From an uncultured delta proteobacterium (GTDB lineage: Bacteria; Desulfobacterota; Binatia; UBA9968): a stretch of DNA of 64,000 bases. The stretch lies in the NCBI GenBank assembly GCA_963760795.1, contig CAVXEP010000004.1, forward strand, positions 160,001 to 224,000, in the 5' to 3' direction. The position numbers and the translations under genes are program-made. The notes under the pieces were generated by a model. It was not told where the DNA came from and did no database searches. It saw only the letters and a list, made by a program, of their open reading frames with translations. Below are positions 32,033 to 42,762 of the stretch, in pieces (the first letter of the stretch is position 1; every line of letters starts with the position of its first letter).

Positions 32033-32762
32033 CTACGGCCGTTGAAACGCCAGCACGAAACGATCGTCTCTATTGCGTTCTTTGTTGACGTTGAAGTCGC
32101 GCTTGTCCTCGGGCTTGCGCAGCATGGCGCCTTCTTTCGCCAGCTTGAAACCCGCCCCGGTGACCTCTTTGATGACCAGTAACTTGTCGATGCGATGCAA
32201 GGTTTTCACCGCCTCATTGCCACTACCGTCCTGAGCCGAATGGTCGACCACGCCGTAGATGCCGCCGGGTTTGAGCGCGGCCATAACTGCCTTGTTCAAT
32301 GCCGGACGCGCCTCGATGGCGACATCGTGATAGTTCAAGTGAATCAACACGAAATCCAAAGAACCGTCCCGCGGCAAGGCGAGCTTATCGAACGCGCCGT
32401 CGGCGATTCGCACGTTGGCGAACTTCGCGATTCTTCCAGCGTTGATTGATTTCATCCCGTGTACTGGGATTCTGCGAATAGACAACACCGCTAGGACCGA
32501 CGACTTCGGAAAGGATCGCCGTGTAGTACCCGCGCCCGGCCCACAGATCCGCAACTTTGTCGCCGCCTTTGACGCCGTAGAACGCCAACACTTCGCTCGG
32601 TTTGCGAGCTTCGTCGAGCTCGCGCTCGTTGGCCGGCCGATCGGGATTGGCAACGACTGCCGAATAGTTTGGCAATGACGCCGCGCAGGCGGCGAAACCC
32701 AACATCGACAGGGTCAAAAGCATCCAACGTAATGGTTTCACTGTGCAACGATTCATGAGCAC
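32033..32762 (-). CDS. Tandem paralog COG4798-like methyltransferase, frameshift near 32440
   Basis: FAAC lipobox, RKPSEVLAFYGV..GRGYYT, then VVDHSAQDG..TLHRIDK..DRFVLAFQRP in another frame. Confidence 0.85.
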
Positions 32763-32861
32763 TCCTCCCGGAAGTTAAATAGTGGTTCAACTCTAGTGAA
32801 TGGAAAAACAAATGCAAGGAAAGGATGAGGGTTTAAAGCCCGCTCTAGTTTCGTGCAGCGT

Positions 32862-32891
32862 ATTTTGCGCCCTTTGCGTTCTTTGCGGCCA
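32862..32891. repeat. CGCAAAG 9-mer repeat half-element (family B)
   Basis: ATTTTGCGCCCTTTGCGTTCTTTGCGGCCA, identical to 33818-33847. Confidence 0.9.
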
Positions 32892-32909
32892 TGAGGCTTT
32901 CGATTTTCA

Positions 32910-33686
32910 TCACGGCCGGCCGCGATCCAGCGCATGTACGACGTCGTGCTTGAGCAGGTTCCAGATCTTGTCCATGCAGCTGGCGAAGTCTGGATCGCGC
33001 ATGCTCTTCATCGTGCGCGGGCGCGGCACATCGACGGTGACGATGCTCTTGATCAATCCCGGCCGGGCGCTCATCACGGCGATGCGGTCGCACAGCATCA
33101 CCGCTTCGTCGATGTTATGAGTGACCAGAATGACGGTTTTCTTGTCGCGCTCCCAGATGCGCAAGAGCTCCTCGCGCATGAGCAGGCGCGTCTGCGCGTC
33201 CAAGCTGGCGAACGGCTCGTCCATGAGGATGACTTCAGGATCGTTGGCGAGGGCGCGGGCGATGGCGACTTTTTGTTTCATGCCGCCGGAGAGTTCGTGC
33301 GGCTGGGCGCCGGCGAAGTCTAAGAGATTGACGACTTCGAGAAAGAACCGGCTGACCCGTTTGTAAACCGACGGTTCTTCCTTGCGAAACTCGGCGCCGA
33401 GCGGGACGTTCTCTTCGACGTTGCGCCAGGGCATCAGCGCCGATTCTTGAAACACCATCGACACCGGCGACTTGCCGCGTTGCGTGCCGACGAACTGCAC
33501 TGAACCGGTATCGGGCTTTTCCAGTCCGGCGATGATATGCAGCAACGTCGTCTTGCCACAGCCGGTGGGTCCGATGATACCGAAGAATTCCTGATCGCGC
33601 ACCTCAAGATTGACACCGCCAATCGCCCGCGTCGTGCCTTGAGCGGTGACGAACTCTTTGGTAACCCCGTGAACGACGACTTTCAT
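32910..33686 (-). CDS. NitT/TauT family ABC transporter ATP-binding protein
   Basis: GPTGCGKTT, LSGGMKQK, LMDEPF, VTHNIDEA. Confidence 0.95.
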   Translation of the reverse strand: MKVVVHGVTKEFVTAQGTTRAIGGVNLEVRDQEFFGIIGPTGCGKTTLLHIIAGLEKPDTGSVQFVGTQRGKSPVSMVFQESALMPWRNVEENVPLGAEFRKEEPSVYKRVSRFFLEVVNLLDFAGAQPHELSGGMKQKVAIARALANDPEVILMDEPFASLDAQTRLLMREELLRIWERDKKTVILVTHNIDEAVMLCDRIAVMSARPGLIKSIVTVDVPRPRTMKSMRDPDFASCMDKIWNLLKHDVVHALDRGRP

Positions 33687-33703
33687 TTCAAACACCTCGG
33701 AGA

Positions 33704-33849
33704 ATTGGCCGCAAAGAACGCAAAGCACACATAGATAGGAGTTTCACAATCAGGATCGCCTATGATTCGCATACTACGCATCCTCACTTTGTCATTTCGA
33801 GCGCAGCGAGAAATCTCATTTTGCGCCCTTTGCGTTCTTTGCGGCCAAT
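33704..33849. repeat. Family B palindrome with a nested REP-like insert
   Basis: Perfect 22-bp IR ATTGGCCGCAAAGAACGCAAAG (33704-33725 / 33828-33849); inner GTCATTTCGAGCGCAGCGAGAAATCT (33791-33816). Confidence 0.9.
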
Positions 33850-33853
33850 CTTC

Positions 33854-35273
33854 CTATCCGAGAAAATCCTCCAGCCTGACATTGACCAGCCCCTGCGGCT
33901 TCACCGGTTCGAAGTAATTGCGCAGCTCCTCGGTCAGCGCCGGACCCTTGGTGGCGTCGATCAGCATCTTCGAACCGATGCGCGGATGAAATCCCATATG
34001 GTCGCCGGGATTGGGCAGCAGTTCGGCGGTGAGATCGCCGGTATGACAGAGCGTATCGGGAATGATGAAGACATCGGATTTGGGATTCACCCGGGTCGAC
34101 ATCGCGTACATGATCGCTTGGGCGTTGTGCGGGTCGATATCTTCGTCCACGGCGATGCCGATCTTCGGGTGTAGATACGGACTCGACAAGAGCGCCATCA
34201 GCGTGCTGCGCACTTCGCCCATCTTGCGCGGCGTCATCTGCACGACGATGATGTGGCTGCCGCCGGCATAGGGCAAGGAGACGACGTCTTTGACATCGAT
34301 GAAGCCGCCGACATCTTTGATGCGCGCGTAGAGAACCAATTCCATCGGGAAAACCGTCCAGCGGCTGCGATTCGGAGATCGGCCGCCCGCCTTGGAGCGC
34401 GTAGTAGATCGCGTTCTTGCGCATGGTGATGCATTTAACGTTGATGATCGGGTGCTGCAGCGTGCCATGGGTCATGCCGGCATGCTCACAAAACGGCCCT
34501 TCGTCTTCCATGTAGTTGGGCGGCACCTCGCCTTCGATGACGATCTCGGCATCCGCCGGCACCATGACGTCGATGGTCTCGCAGCGCACCACGTTGGCCG
34601 GCTCTTGCAACAAGGCGCCGGTAATATCGATCTCATCGGTTTCGTAACCGGTCGTCCAGGTCGACGCGATATAATAGGCCGGGTGATGGCCGATCACGGT
34701 GGCCACCGGCATCGGCTTGCCCTCTTTCCAATACTTTTGCATGCAGATATCGGTGTGGCGCTTGGGGTGAACGAAGATGCCCATCTTCCTCGGCCCTTTG
34801 ATGTGATCGCGCTGCAAGGCGATATTCTGCGTGCCGGTCTCAGGATCCTTGACGAATTGCATCGCCGAGCCGATGAACGGCACACCGCGGTCGCTGTCGG
34901 AATGAACGTGAATCGGAATCCGCCCCAGGTCGGCGTCGTCGCCTTTCCAGATGATTTCTTTTACCGGCCCGTCTTCGACGATCTTCGGTTTGATCAAACC
35001 TTTAGCAATGCGTCCGCCCAGCTCCGTCAACGCTTTGTCCTTGGTCGTGCCCAAACCGAGCGCCATCTTTTCCCGGCTGCCGCACATGTAACTGACCGCG
35101 GACCAGTTGGGATAGCCCTTGAGATTGTGGAACATGGTCGCCTTGCCCTGCTCGTTCTCGCCGCGATAAGCGAGGCCGGCCAGGTTGGTCAGCGGGTCGA
35201 CTTCCTTTTTAATATCGAGCAGCAGTTTGCGCTCGCGAATTAAATTAATGTAACTGCGCAGGTCCTGGGACAT
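33854..35273 (-). CDS. UbiD family prFMN-dependent decarboxylase, frameshift near 34352
   Basis: DLRSYI..EVDP, VPADAEIVIEG, EGPFCEHAG, VDEDIDP, SKMLIDATK. Confidence 0.92.
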
Positions 35274-35414
35274 CGGTTCAGCACTCCTGATTGAATTTGT
35301 AGAATGGTTGTAATGCAAGCCGGCGGTTAATTGCAATCAACCAAGGTTGGGACAGGTCGAATGTTGGCGGCGCCGGCAATTTGTTTCCGAAAGCCGAAAG
35401 CCGCGCTGCGCGCG

Positions 35415-36440
35415 CTATCTCCCGCCGAAGACCTCATGAAAGGTTTTGGCGTAGCCCTCGAAGTTCTCCAGCACTTCAGCCGGCGCGAAGGCGGGTTTGA
35501 TGCCTTCGATGAAGCGCGCTTGCTCGGGCGGCGTGTCCGTGCGGTCGGGGATGCGGCTCATGCCGCGCACCAACTCCTGGCCGCGCTTCGACAGCACGAA
35601 GTCGATAAACAGTCTGGCGGCGTTGGGATGAGGCGCTTTGGCGGAGATGCCGACGGGGTGAATGTTGGCGAACACAGGATTCAAATAAACCCAATCCACC
35701 GGCGCGCCGGCCGGTTTCATCGTTTCGAAGGTTTGCGAGTAGGCGCTTAACGCGCCTTTGAATTCACCGGCGGCAACCAGCTGAGCAAGGATCGTCCGGC
35801 CATTGCGCAGCCCGACCTGTTTGGCGAGCTCGCGCATGAAAGCGAGCCCTTTCTCTTCGCCCATCGCTTTGATCATCGTGCCGAACCACTCATACGCCCG
35901 CGTATCGATGCCGATATTGCCCTTCCACTCTGGCTTCAGCAGATCGTTGTGCGTCTTCGGAATGCTCGCCCGCGGCACGTTGCGCGTGTTGAAGCCGAAG
36001 GCGGAATAGTTGGTGTAGATCGAAGTCCAGGTCGCCTGCGGATCTTTGTAGCCGTCACGATAGAACTTGCGTTCGGGCGAATCGTAAGTCGCCAGCATGC
36101 CGCGCTTCTTGAGATTGTAACCGTAGAAGCTCGTGCTCATCACCACGTCAAACAAACCGCGCCCGGCGCGTCCCTCGGTCAAGATGCGCTCCATCAACTG
36201 CGCGTCGGTGGCGCGATAAAAAGTCGCGTCGATCTTGGGATAGAGCTGCTTGAAGCCGTCGGTCAGAATTTTCGTATCCGTGGCGTTGAAGGCCGCGTAA
36301 AACATCATCTTGCCTTCCGCCTCGGCGAGAGTTTTCACGTCCTGCGCCCACGTCGTACCGGCGCTGATGAATAGCGATGCCGCCACCACCAAGCGCGCCG
36401 CAAACCTTGAACTTTGAACTTTGAACCTTGAACAAAACAT
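35415..36440 (-). CDS. Extracellular solute-binding protein (Fe3+/thiamine-type ABC SBP)
   Basis: AEAEGK, RIL.E..AG, DLLKPEWKG, APHPNAARLFIDFVLS..GQ; own ATG at 36440 and signal peptide. Confidence 0.88.
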   Translation of the reverse strand: MFCSRFKVQSSRFAARLVVAASLFISAGTTWAQDVKTLAEAEGKMMFYAAFNATDTKILTDGFKQLYPKIDATFYRATDAQLMERILTEGRAGRGLFDVVMSTSFYGYNLKKRGMLATYDSPERKFYRDGYKDPQATWTSIYTNYSAFGFNTRNVPRASIPKTHNDLLKPEWKGNIGIDTRAYEWFGTMIKAMGEEKGLAFMRELAKQVGLRNGRTILAQLVAAGEFKGALSAYSQTFETMKPAGAPVDWVYLNPVFANIHPVGISAKAPHPNAARLFIDFVLSKRGQELVRGMSRIPDRTDTPPEQARFIEGIKPAFAPAEVLENFEGYAKTFHEVFGGR

Positions 36441-37163
36441 CACGGCATCTCCGCCAACAGCCGCCCATAGCCCTGCAACAGGTTCGTTGAGATTGAGAAT
36501 CTTCTTGGTCGCCCATACCTGCGCCGGAATGCTCGACAGCACCGTGGTCTTCAAATCCTTCTCCAGCATCTCGATCACCGGCAGATTATGCCAGCCGGCG
36601 CCGAGCATGTAGATGCCGTCGGCCCCGCCGCTGTCGAGAAACACTTTCTTGGCGAAGTTGTAGATCGCTTCCGGCGATAGTTTGCCGGCGTCCTTGAACG
36701 GCACCTCGATGCCCTCCATCGCCTTGACGACAAAGCCGTCGTCTTCAAGAAATTTGGCAAAGCGCTGATTCATTTCGCCGGTGAAATAGGTCACCCCCAC
36801 CAGCTTCTTCATACCCAACGCGCGAAACGCGTCGACCTGCGCGATGGTCGCCACGGTGACGGGAATTTTATATTTCGCAGTCAGCGAATCGGCGATCTGC
36901 CGGTCGGCGCCATGGCCGCGCACCATGGTCGGCGGCGCGCCCATGATCATCACCACGTCGGCACCCAGCTCAGCCAAGCGCGCAACTTTTTTCTCGGCGA
37001 CTGTCAATGCCTCCTGAAGCTCCTTCTCGTTGCCCGCGCGAACGCCGGCGTGCGCGGGTATGAAGCCGACCCCTTCCGGCATCAGCTTGATAAAACTCTC
37101 CATCGACCCCGGCCGATAAGTGGGTTTGACCAATCCAACAATTCCGCGTGATCCGTAGTACAT
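36440..37163 (-). CDS. Maleate isomerase / arylmalonate decarboxylase (Asp/Glu racemase superfamily) protein
   Basis: GLVKPT, AFRALGMKK...TY, IEMLEKDL..VLSS; removing one G restores ..AGYGRLLAEMP* with TGA overlapping the next ATG. Confidence 0.82.
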
Positions 37164-37352
37164 AGTTTCGCAGCTCGCTTTCTTCTCTGATTAACCGCTC
37201 GAATATCCTAGTCACAAGTTCTTATCAAGCGGTCAGCCCGCGATCGACGCGCCGCCACCAAAGTGAGATCCGATCGACGCCGACGACGATATGAATTCAC
37301 AAGATGATGAGTTGGCGGATTGCGATCGCAATCGTTTTACAAGGCCGCGTCG

Positions 37353-38411
37353 TCAGCGCGGCGGCATTGGGCGATGGTCGGAGAGGTGCTTGTATAGCGC
37401 GATCGTTTCGGCATCCCGCGGCAGGTTCTTAATTGCCGATTCTATCGCTTCTGACGTTATCGGCGAGGGCTCGACACCTGTGAGTTTTTTAAATTCTTTG
37501 GCAAAGCCGGGATCTTTGAATGATTTCACCATGGCGTCGCGCAAAATATTTACCAGCTCTTTTGGCGTACCGGCCGGCAAGATATAGGGCCAGCGCGGGT
37601 AGTCGAACGCCCGATACAAGTTCAGTAACCGATGCTCCTTGTCGTTCTTGGCAAAGCTGTCGATTTCGGCAATGTCCCGCGAATAGGGTGAAATGTATCG
37701 GCCCTTGGGCACGGTGATGATCGTGTGAAAATGCACCTTTTCCATTAGCGATGGATTCTGCTGGATGGTTGCGCTCGACATCGAGCCGCCGTCGACCTCG
37801 CCCTGGAGCAAAGCCACGTCGCGCTCCGGCGATGAATAGCCGACGACGAATTTGGGCTCCGTCAATCCGATTAAGTAAGCGGCGATGCGGCCATTGATGT
37901 AGGTGATATGTCCCACCGAATTAGCGCCGATACGGATTCCCGCAGCGGTGCGGAGCTTTTCTATGCTGGAGAATCCCGCCTCTTTTCGGGTGACGAACGC
38001 GGTGGGACTGCCGCTTTCCGTGGAGCCAAGGTAGATGAGCTTGTCCAGATCGTAGTTAGTTCCCGCCAAGCCCAGGATCGGCCCGGCTACCAGGACGTTG
38101 CCGACGGCCCCGATCGTCAGCCCATCCGGTTTAGCGCCGGAGTAAATGTAGTTTATCGCTGTTCTCCCAGCGGCGCCCTGCTTGTGCTCCATAATGAGGG
38201 TAGGTTCGCCGGGGATATATTTTTTCAAGTACGGCATCAGCGCGCGAGCCTGCAAGTCGCCGTACCCACCCGGCGTGCCAGCGCGCAGAATCGTCAGCGT
38301 CTTCCCTTGGTAATAGCTCTCCGCCCAGGCTAATCCCGGCGCCGCGATGGCATGGATCAACAGAACAACCGCAACAAACCCCAGGGATGAAAGACTATTT
38401 CTTGCCGGCAT
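37353..38411 (-). CDS. Bug/TctC family substrate-binding protein
   Basis: YYQGKTLT..GTPGGYGD, KYIPGEP, KPDGLTIG, PAGTPKE. Confidence 0.9.
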   Translation of the reverse strand: MPARNSLSSLGFVAVVLLIHAIAAPGLAWAESYYQGKTLTILRAGTPGGYGDLQARALMPYLKKYIPGEPTLIMEHKQGAAGRTAINYIYSGAKPDGLTIGAVGNVLVAGPILGLAGTNYDLDKLIYLGSTESGSPTAFVTRKEAGFSSIEKLRTAAGIRIGANSVGHITYINGRIAAYLIGLTEPKFVVGYSSPERDVALLQGEVDGGSMSSATIQQNPSLMEKVHFHTIITVPKGRYISPYSRDIAEIDSFAKNDKEHRLLNLYRAFDYPRWPYILPAGTPKELVNILRDAMVKSFKDPGFAKEFKKLTGVEPSPITSEAIESAIKNLPRDAETIALYKHLSDHRPMPPR

Positions 38412-38598
38412 CGAATTGTCCCTCTTGACGTTGAAAATAATTAACCGAAGGATCGGCTGATTAGCGCTCAGATCGCCTAAGCGAAGCTATCAATGGGATT
38501 CGCGGCCAAGTCATGCAATCCCACGTTATCGCAATGCCCTACGTGACTTCACGAGCCCAGGACCAATGCGCAGAAATGAATTCGCTTGAAACTGAGCC

Positions 38599-38647
38599 GA
38601 AACGGGCAGGATGAACTTGACTTCATCAATTTCACCCTGCCCGTTTC
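38599..38647 (-). terminator. Hairpin downstream of the small secreted protein gene
   Basis: GAAACGGGCAGG...CCTGCCCGTTTC 12-bp outer stem. Confidence 0.55.
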
Positions 38648-38671
38648 AACAAACGCGGTCTTGATCAGGAA

Positions 38672-38947
38672 CTAGCGCGCATCGAGGGTCTTTACCCTGA
38701 CGTCGCCGCCGCCCCGATCGTCGAAGAGAACTTTGACTTTGGTTCCATCTTTTAGAAGGTCGGCCTTAGCTTTTGCATCTTCACTGCTGACCTTGGCCTT
38801 TTGCTCCCAATCTTTCCCCTTCACGGTCAGCATTCTCGACTCTTTATCATAACCCGAGACCGTGCCGTTTTTATCCTGCGCAAAGCTTATTGCCGGGATT
38901 AAAACCAAAGCTAATAGAAGTCCGAGCACTTGTCTGTTGAATGTCAT
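38672..38947 (-). CDS. Small secreted protein, probable OB-like beta-barrel
   Basis: GGAGGTG RBS, signal peptide ending AFA-like (SFA/QD), GTV..YD....LTV...L..GTKVKV.F. Confidence 0.75.
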   Translation of the reverse strand: MTFNRQVLGLLLALVLIPAISFAQDKNGTVSGYDKESRMLTVKGKDWEQKAKVSSEDAKAKADLLKDGTKVKVLFDDRGGGDVRVKTLDAR

Positions 38948-39308
38948 GCTTTTTCACCTCCCTTCTTTTATAATGGCTCACCCTACCGCCGAATAATTCA
39001 GTCAGAGCCCCGTAACCGACCATCGAGGAATCCCTCGGGGAATCTAGACGTCGTAGCAAGCTGCACCTAAATCGAATTTTGTAGCATGTAAAATCAAATT
39101 GGCAAGCGCTGCCCCACAATGGGCTTTGTCGTAGTCATGTCGCGCGACTGCCGCGAACAAGCGCCTGAAATAAAACTCTGCCCCGGCCCCGAATAATGCG
39201 TATTCAGCGGTTGTCACGGCAGCGCTAATCTTGTTATTGGGATAATTGCCGGTACACGAACCGGACCGAACAAACCGCGATCCGAATGGCGACTCTAGGG
39301 GGAAACCA

Positions 39309-40302
39309 ATGAATATCCAGTTAAGCGCCGGCATGGCGCCGAATCCGCGCACCTGGCCGCTATTTGACGGCAGGGTGAAAGCCGATGGCATCGAGCTGAT
39401 CATGTCGCCGGTTCACGCTTCCGAGTTATTTTGGCGCCAGCTCCGCTTTGCCGATTTCGACCTGTCCGACATGTCGTTCTCGTCACTGCTGATCGCCATC
39501 GCCCACGGCGACAAACGTTGGGTGGGTTTGCCGATCTTCACCACTCGCCGCTTATTTCATACCGGCATTCTGGTCCGTCGCGATGGCGGGATTGACGGTG
39601 CCGGCCGACCTCAGAGGCAAACGCGTCGCCGTCCCGGAGTACCAGCAGACGGCAGCGTTATGGACACGCGGCGCGCTGCAGCATGAGTTCGGCGTCGAAC
39701 CGAAGGACATGGAATTTTGGATGGAGCGCAATCCCGAGCACAGCCACGGCGGCGCCACCGAATTCACCGCGCCGCCGGGCGTGACGGTTCATCAGATCCC
39801 GCTCGGCAAAGACATCGGCTCGATGATGCTTTCAGGCGAGCTCCAAGCCGCGTTGCATTACCTCGTCAACGAGAATCTCGTCGACCGCAGCAGCGCCGAC
39901 CTGTGGCACCACCCAGCGATAAAATACCTATTCCCGGACCCGAAAGCTGAGGGCGTAAGGTATTACAACAAGACCGGAATCTATCCGATCAACCACTGCG
40001 TCGTGCTCAAACGGGAAATCGCCGAGCAGCATCCCTGGGCGATTCTCAATATTTATAAGGCCTTCGAGCGCGCCAATGCCATTGCCGACGAACAACGAAT
40101 GGAACATGTCAATTACTACCTCGAGACCGGCCGGCTGCCGGCGCAAGCAAAAACTGCCCTTGCGACGACCTTGGTCCAATACGGCATCAAGGCCAACCGG
40201 CAGGTGTTGGAAACCGCGGCGCAGTATTCAGTCGAGCAAGGATTGACGCCACGGCTGCTCAAGCTCGATGAAGTATTTGCCCCGAGCACCATGGAGCAGT
40301 AG
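39309..40302 (+). CDS. 4,5-dihydroxyphthalate decarboxylase-like SBP-fold protein, frameshift near 39597
   Basis: RT.PL.DG.V..DGI, FWRQL...FD.S.MS.SS, DLRGKRV.VPEYQQTA.LW.RG, TGIYPINH. Confidence 0.85.
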
Positions 40303-40318
40303 CCGCGCAGGTGACGCG

Positions 40319-41266
40319 ATGATTCTAATCACCGGCGGACTTGGTTTTATCGGTCTCCATACGGCCAGGCGCTTTCTAGATGTGGGAGAGCAGGTCGTGC
40401 TGACGCAATTTCGCGTCCGGCGCGAACCCGATTTCATCAAAGCCGAGATCGGCAAACGAGCTTTCATCGAGACCCTCGATGTCACGGCGGGTCACGACGT
40501 GATCGATATCGTGCGCAAACACAAAGTCACCGGCATCGTCCATCTTGCCGTGCCCGGCCTGGGAGTTTTATCGGCGGCGCAAGATTACCGGATGAACGTG
40601 ATCGGATTTTTGAATATCCTCGAGGCCGCACGGTTGTCCGGCGTGCGTCGGGTAAGCTTAGCCAGCTCCGTGGCTGTCTATGCCGGTCTCGCCGAAGGCC
40701 CTTTCCGCGAAGACGCGCTCGTTCCCGTGGATTCCGGCAATGCCACCGAGACATTCAAAAAAGCTCTGGAAATTCTCGGCCTGCACTACGCCGCGCGAAC
40801 CGGTCTTGAAGTCGTGGCACTGCGCATCGGCACACCGTTCGGGCCGCTTTATCATAGCCTCGCCGCGCCCACGAGCCGGATCGTTCATGCCGCTGCGAAA
40901 GGAGTGCCGGCGGATTTTTCCGGCGCCCGCGGCGGCGCGCCGCATCAAGAGGACGACAGCGGCGCTTTTTACGTCAAGGACTGCGCCCTGGCGATCCAGC
41001 TCGTCCAGATGGCTGATCAATTGTCGCAGCGGATTTTCAACATCAGCAGTGAAGCGCCGATCAAGTACCGTGAATTTGTCGAGGTGGTGAAAAAAATCAT
41101 GCCCAGCGCCGCAATCGATTTGCCGCCGGGTCACGGCCCGCGCCACCGGCCCAACGCGTACCTGGATATCACCCGGCTCAAGCAGGAAGTCGGCTATCGG
41201 CCCGAGTACAAGATCGAGCGCGCGCTGGAAGAATACCTCGACTGGCTGAGCAGCCATCCCGAATAA
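40319..41266 (+). CDS. NAD-dependent epimerase/dehydratase (extended SDR)
   Basis: ILITGGLGFIG, IVHLA, SSVAVY; the YxxxK position reads ETFK. Confidence 0.88.
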   Translation: MILITGGLGFIGLHTARRFLDVGEQVVLTQFRVRREPDFIKAEIGKRAFIETLDVTAGHDVIDIVRKHKVTGIVHLAVPGLGVLSAAQDYRMNVIGFLNILEAARLSGVRRVSLASSVAVYAGLAEGPFREDALVPVDSGNATETFKKALEILGLHYAARTGLEVVALRIGTPFGPLYHSLAAPTSRIVHAAAKGVPADFSGARGGAPHQEDDSGAFYVKDCALAIQLVQMADQLSQRIFNISSEAPIKYREFVEVVKKIMPSAAIDLPPGHGPRHRPNAYLDITRLKQEVGYRPEYKIERALEEYLDWLSSHPE

Positions 41267-41376
41267 TTATCCAGCCGCTTTGTTTGCATAGCGTGAAGGC
41301 TTATCGCGGCGAAGGTCGAGTCGAGTCGTCCAATGCATTCTCCATAACTAGCGGCGGATCGGCGCGGCAAAAATGA

Positions 41377-42762
41377 TTAAGCCTTAATTTTGTATTCTTC
41401 GAGCTTACGGTAGAGCGTTGTTCGGTCGACACCAAGCATCTTAGCGGCTTCGCTCTTGTTGCCTTGGGTCGACTCTAACACTTTGCCGATATATTCACGT
41501 TCGAGATCGGCGAGCGTAAACTGTTTGGCGATGCCCTGAACCATGAGAATTTCTAGTTCAGCTTTTTTAGCCATGGCGGGCGGCAAATCGTCCATCCCGA
41601 TCATAGCTCCTTTTCCCAGAAGTACCGCCCTTTCGATGGTGTGTTCGAGTTCACGGATGTTACCCGGCCATTCGTAAGCCTTTAACGCCGCCATGGCATC
41701 GGCGCTAACTCCGTCGACTTGATGTGTGGCGCCGGCGGCGAACTTTTGCACAAAATGATTCACCAGCAACGGAATGTCGTGGCTGCGCTGGCGCAGGGCC
41801 GGCAATTCGATGCGAATGACGTTGAGCCGATAATAAAGGTCTTGCCTGAACTTGCCGCTTTGCACCTGGTCGACAAGGTTGCGATTGGACGCCGATACGA
41901 CGCGGGCGTCGATCTTTTCGCTTTGATTGGCGCCCAGCGGACGGACTTCCTTATCTTCCAATAGGCGCAGCAGTTTTGCCTGTAGAGCGAGGGGAATTTC
42001 GCCTATTTCATCCAAAAATAGCACGCCGCCGCTGGCCTCCTGAAACAAACCGCGACGATCTTTTCGGGCGTCGGTGAAAGCGCCGCGGACATAGCCGAAC
42101 AATTCGCTTTCAAGCAAATTTTCCGGAATCGCCGCGCAGTTCACCGCGACAAACGGCCCCGTCGCTCGCGAGCTATTCTGATGGATCGCGCGGGCAATCA
42201 ATTCTTTGCCGGTGCCGCTTTCCCCTTCGATCAATACATTAGCGGGCAGGTCAGCCACTTGCGCGGTGATTTCCAAGACCCGCTGGATCGCCTCGCTCTG
42301 GCCGATGATATTGCGAAAGCGATCGCGCGCCTGAACCTCGGTGCGCAGCCTTTTGAGTTCGGCGCGAAGTGCCGTCTGTTCCAATGCGCGCTTAACCTGG
42401 ATCAGAATCTCGTCATTATGGAAAGGTTTAGTCACGTAATGAAATGCGCCCGCGCGCATCGCCTCCACGGCGCTTTCGATGGTGCCAAATGCCGTAACCA
42501 ACAGCACTAGCGCGCCATTGTCGATCTCGCGCAAACGCCGCACCAGCTCCGTGCCCTTCATTCTTGGCATCATCAGGTCGGTAATCGTCAAGGCAAAAGA
42601 ACTGGTTTGGAATTTCTCGATGGCCGTGTCGCCGTCGTTAGCCACCTCGACCGCATAGCCGTCATCGCACAACAAATCCGTCAGCAGTTGACACATCGCG
42701 GCATCGTCATCGACCACAAGAATACGCGCCAATGGATTCTTCAGTGCTTGATTAGCCTTCAT
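41377..42762 (-). CDS. Sigma54-dependent response regulator (NtrC family)
   Basis: REC (VVDDD, TDLMMP), GESGTGKE, GAFTDA, FRQDLYYRLNV, Fis HTH. Confidence 0.96.
   Translation of the reverse strand: MKANQALKNPLARILVVDDDAAMCQLLTDLLCDDGYAVEVANDGDTAIEKFQTSSFALTITDLMMPRMKGTELVRRLREIDNGALVLLVTAFGTIESAVEAMRAGAFHYVTKPFHNDEILIQVKRALEQTALRAELKRLRTEVQARDRFRNIIGQSEAIQRVLEITAQVADLPANVLIEGESGTGKELIARAIHQNSSRATGPFVAVNCAAIPENLLESELFGYVRGAFTDARKDRRGLFQEASGGVLFLDEIGEIPLALQAKLLRLLEDKEVRPLGANQSEKIDARVVSASNRNLVDQVQSGKFRQDLYYRLNVIRIELPALRQRSHDIPLLVNHFVQKFAAGATHQVDGVSADAMAALKAYEWPGNIRELEHTIERAVLLGKGAMIGMDDLPPAMAKKAELEILMVQGIAKQFTLADLEREYIGKVLESTQGNKSEAAKMLGVDRTTLYRKLEEYKIKA

Noticed and set aside
35415-37163. 582-aa racemase-SBP fusion in the ORF track
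   Set aside because: One extra G near 36470 explains it; correction gives a normal ..GYGRLL end with TGA overlapping the SBP ATG, and the SBP has its own signal peptide.
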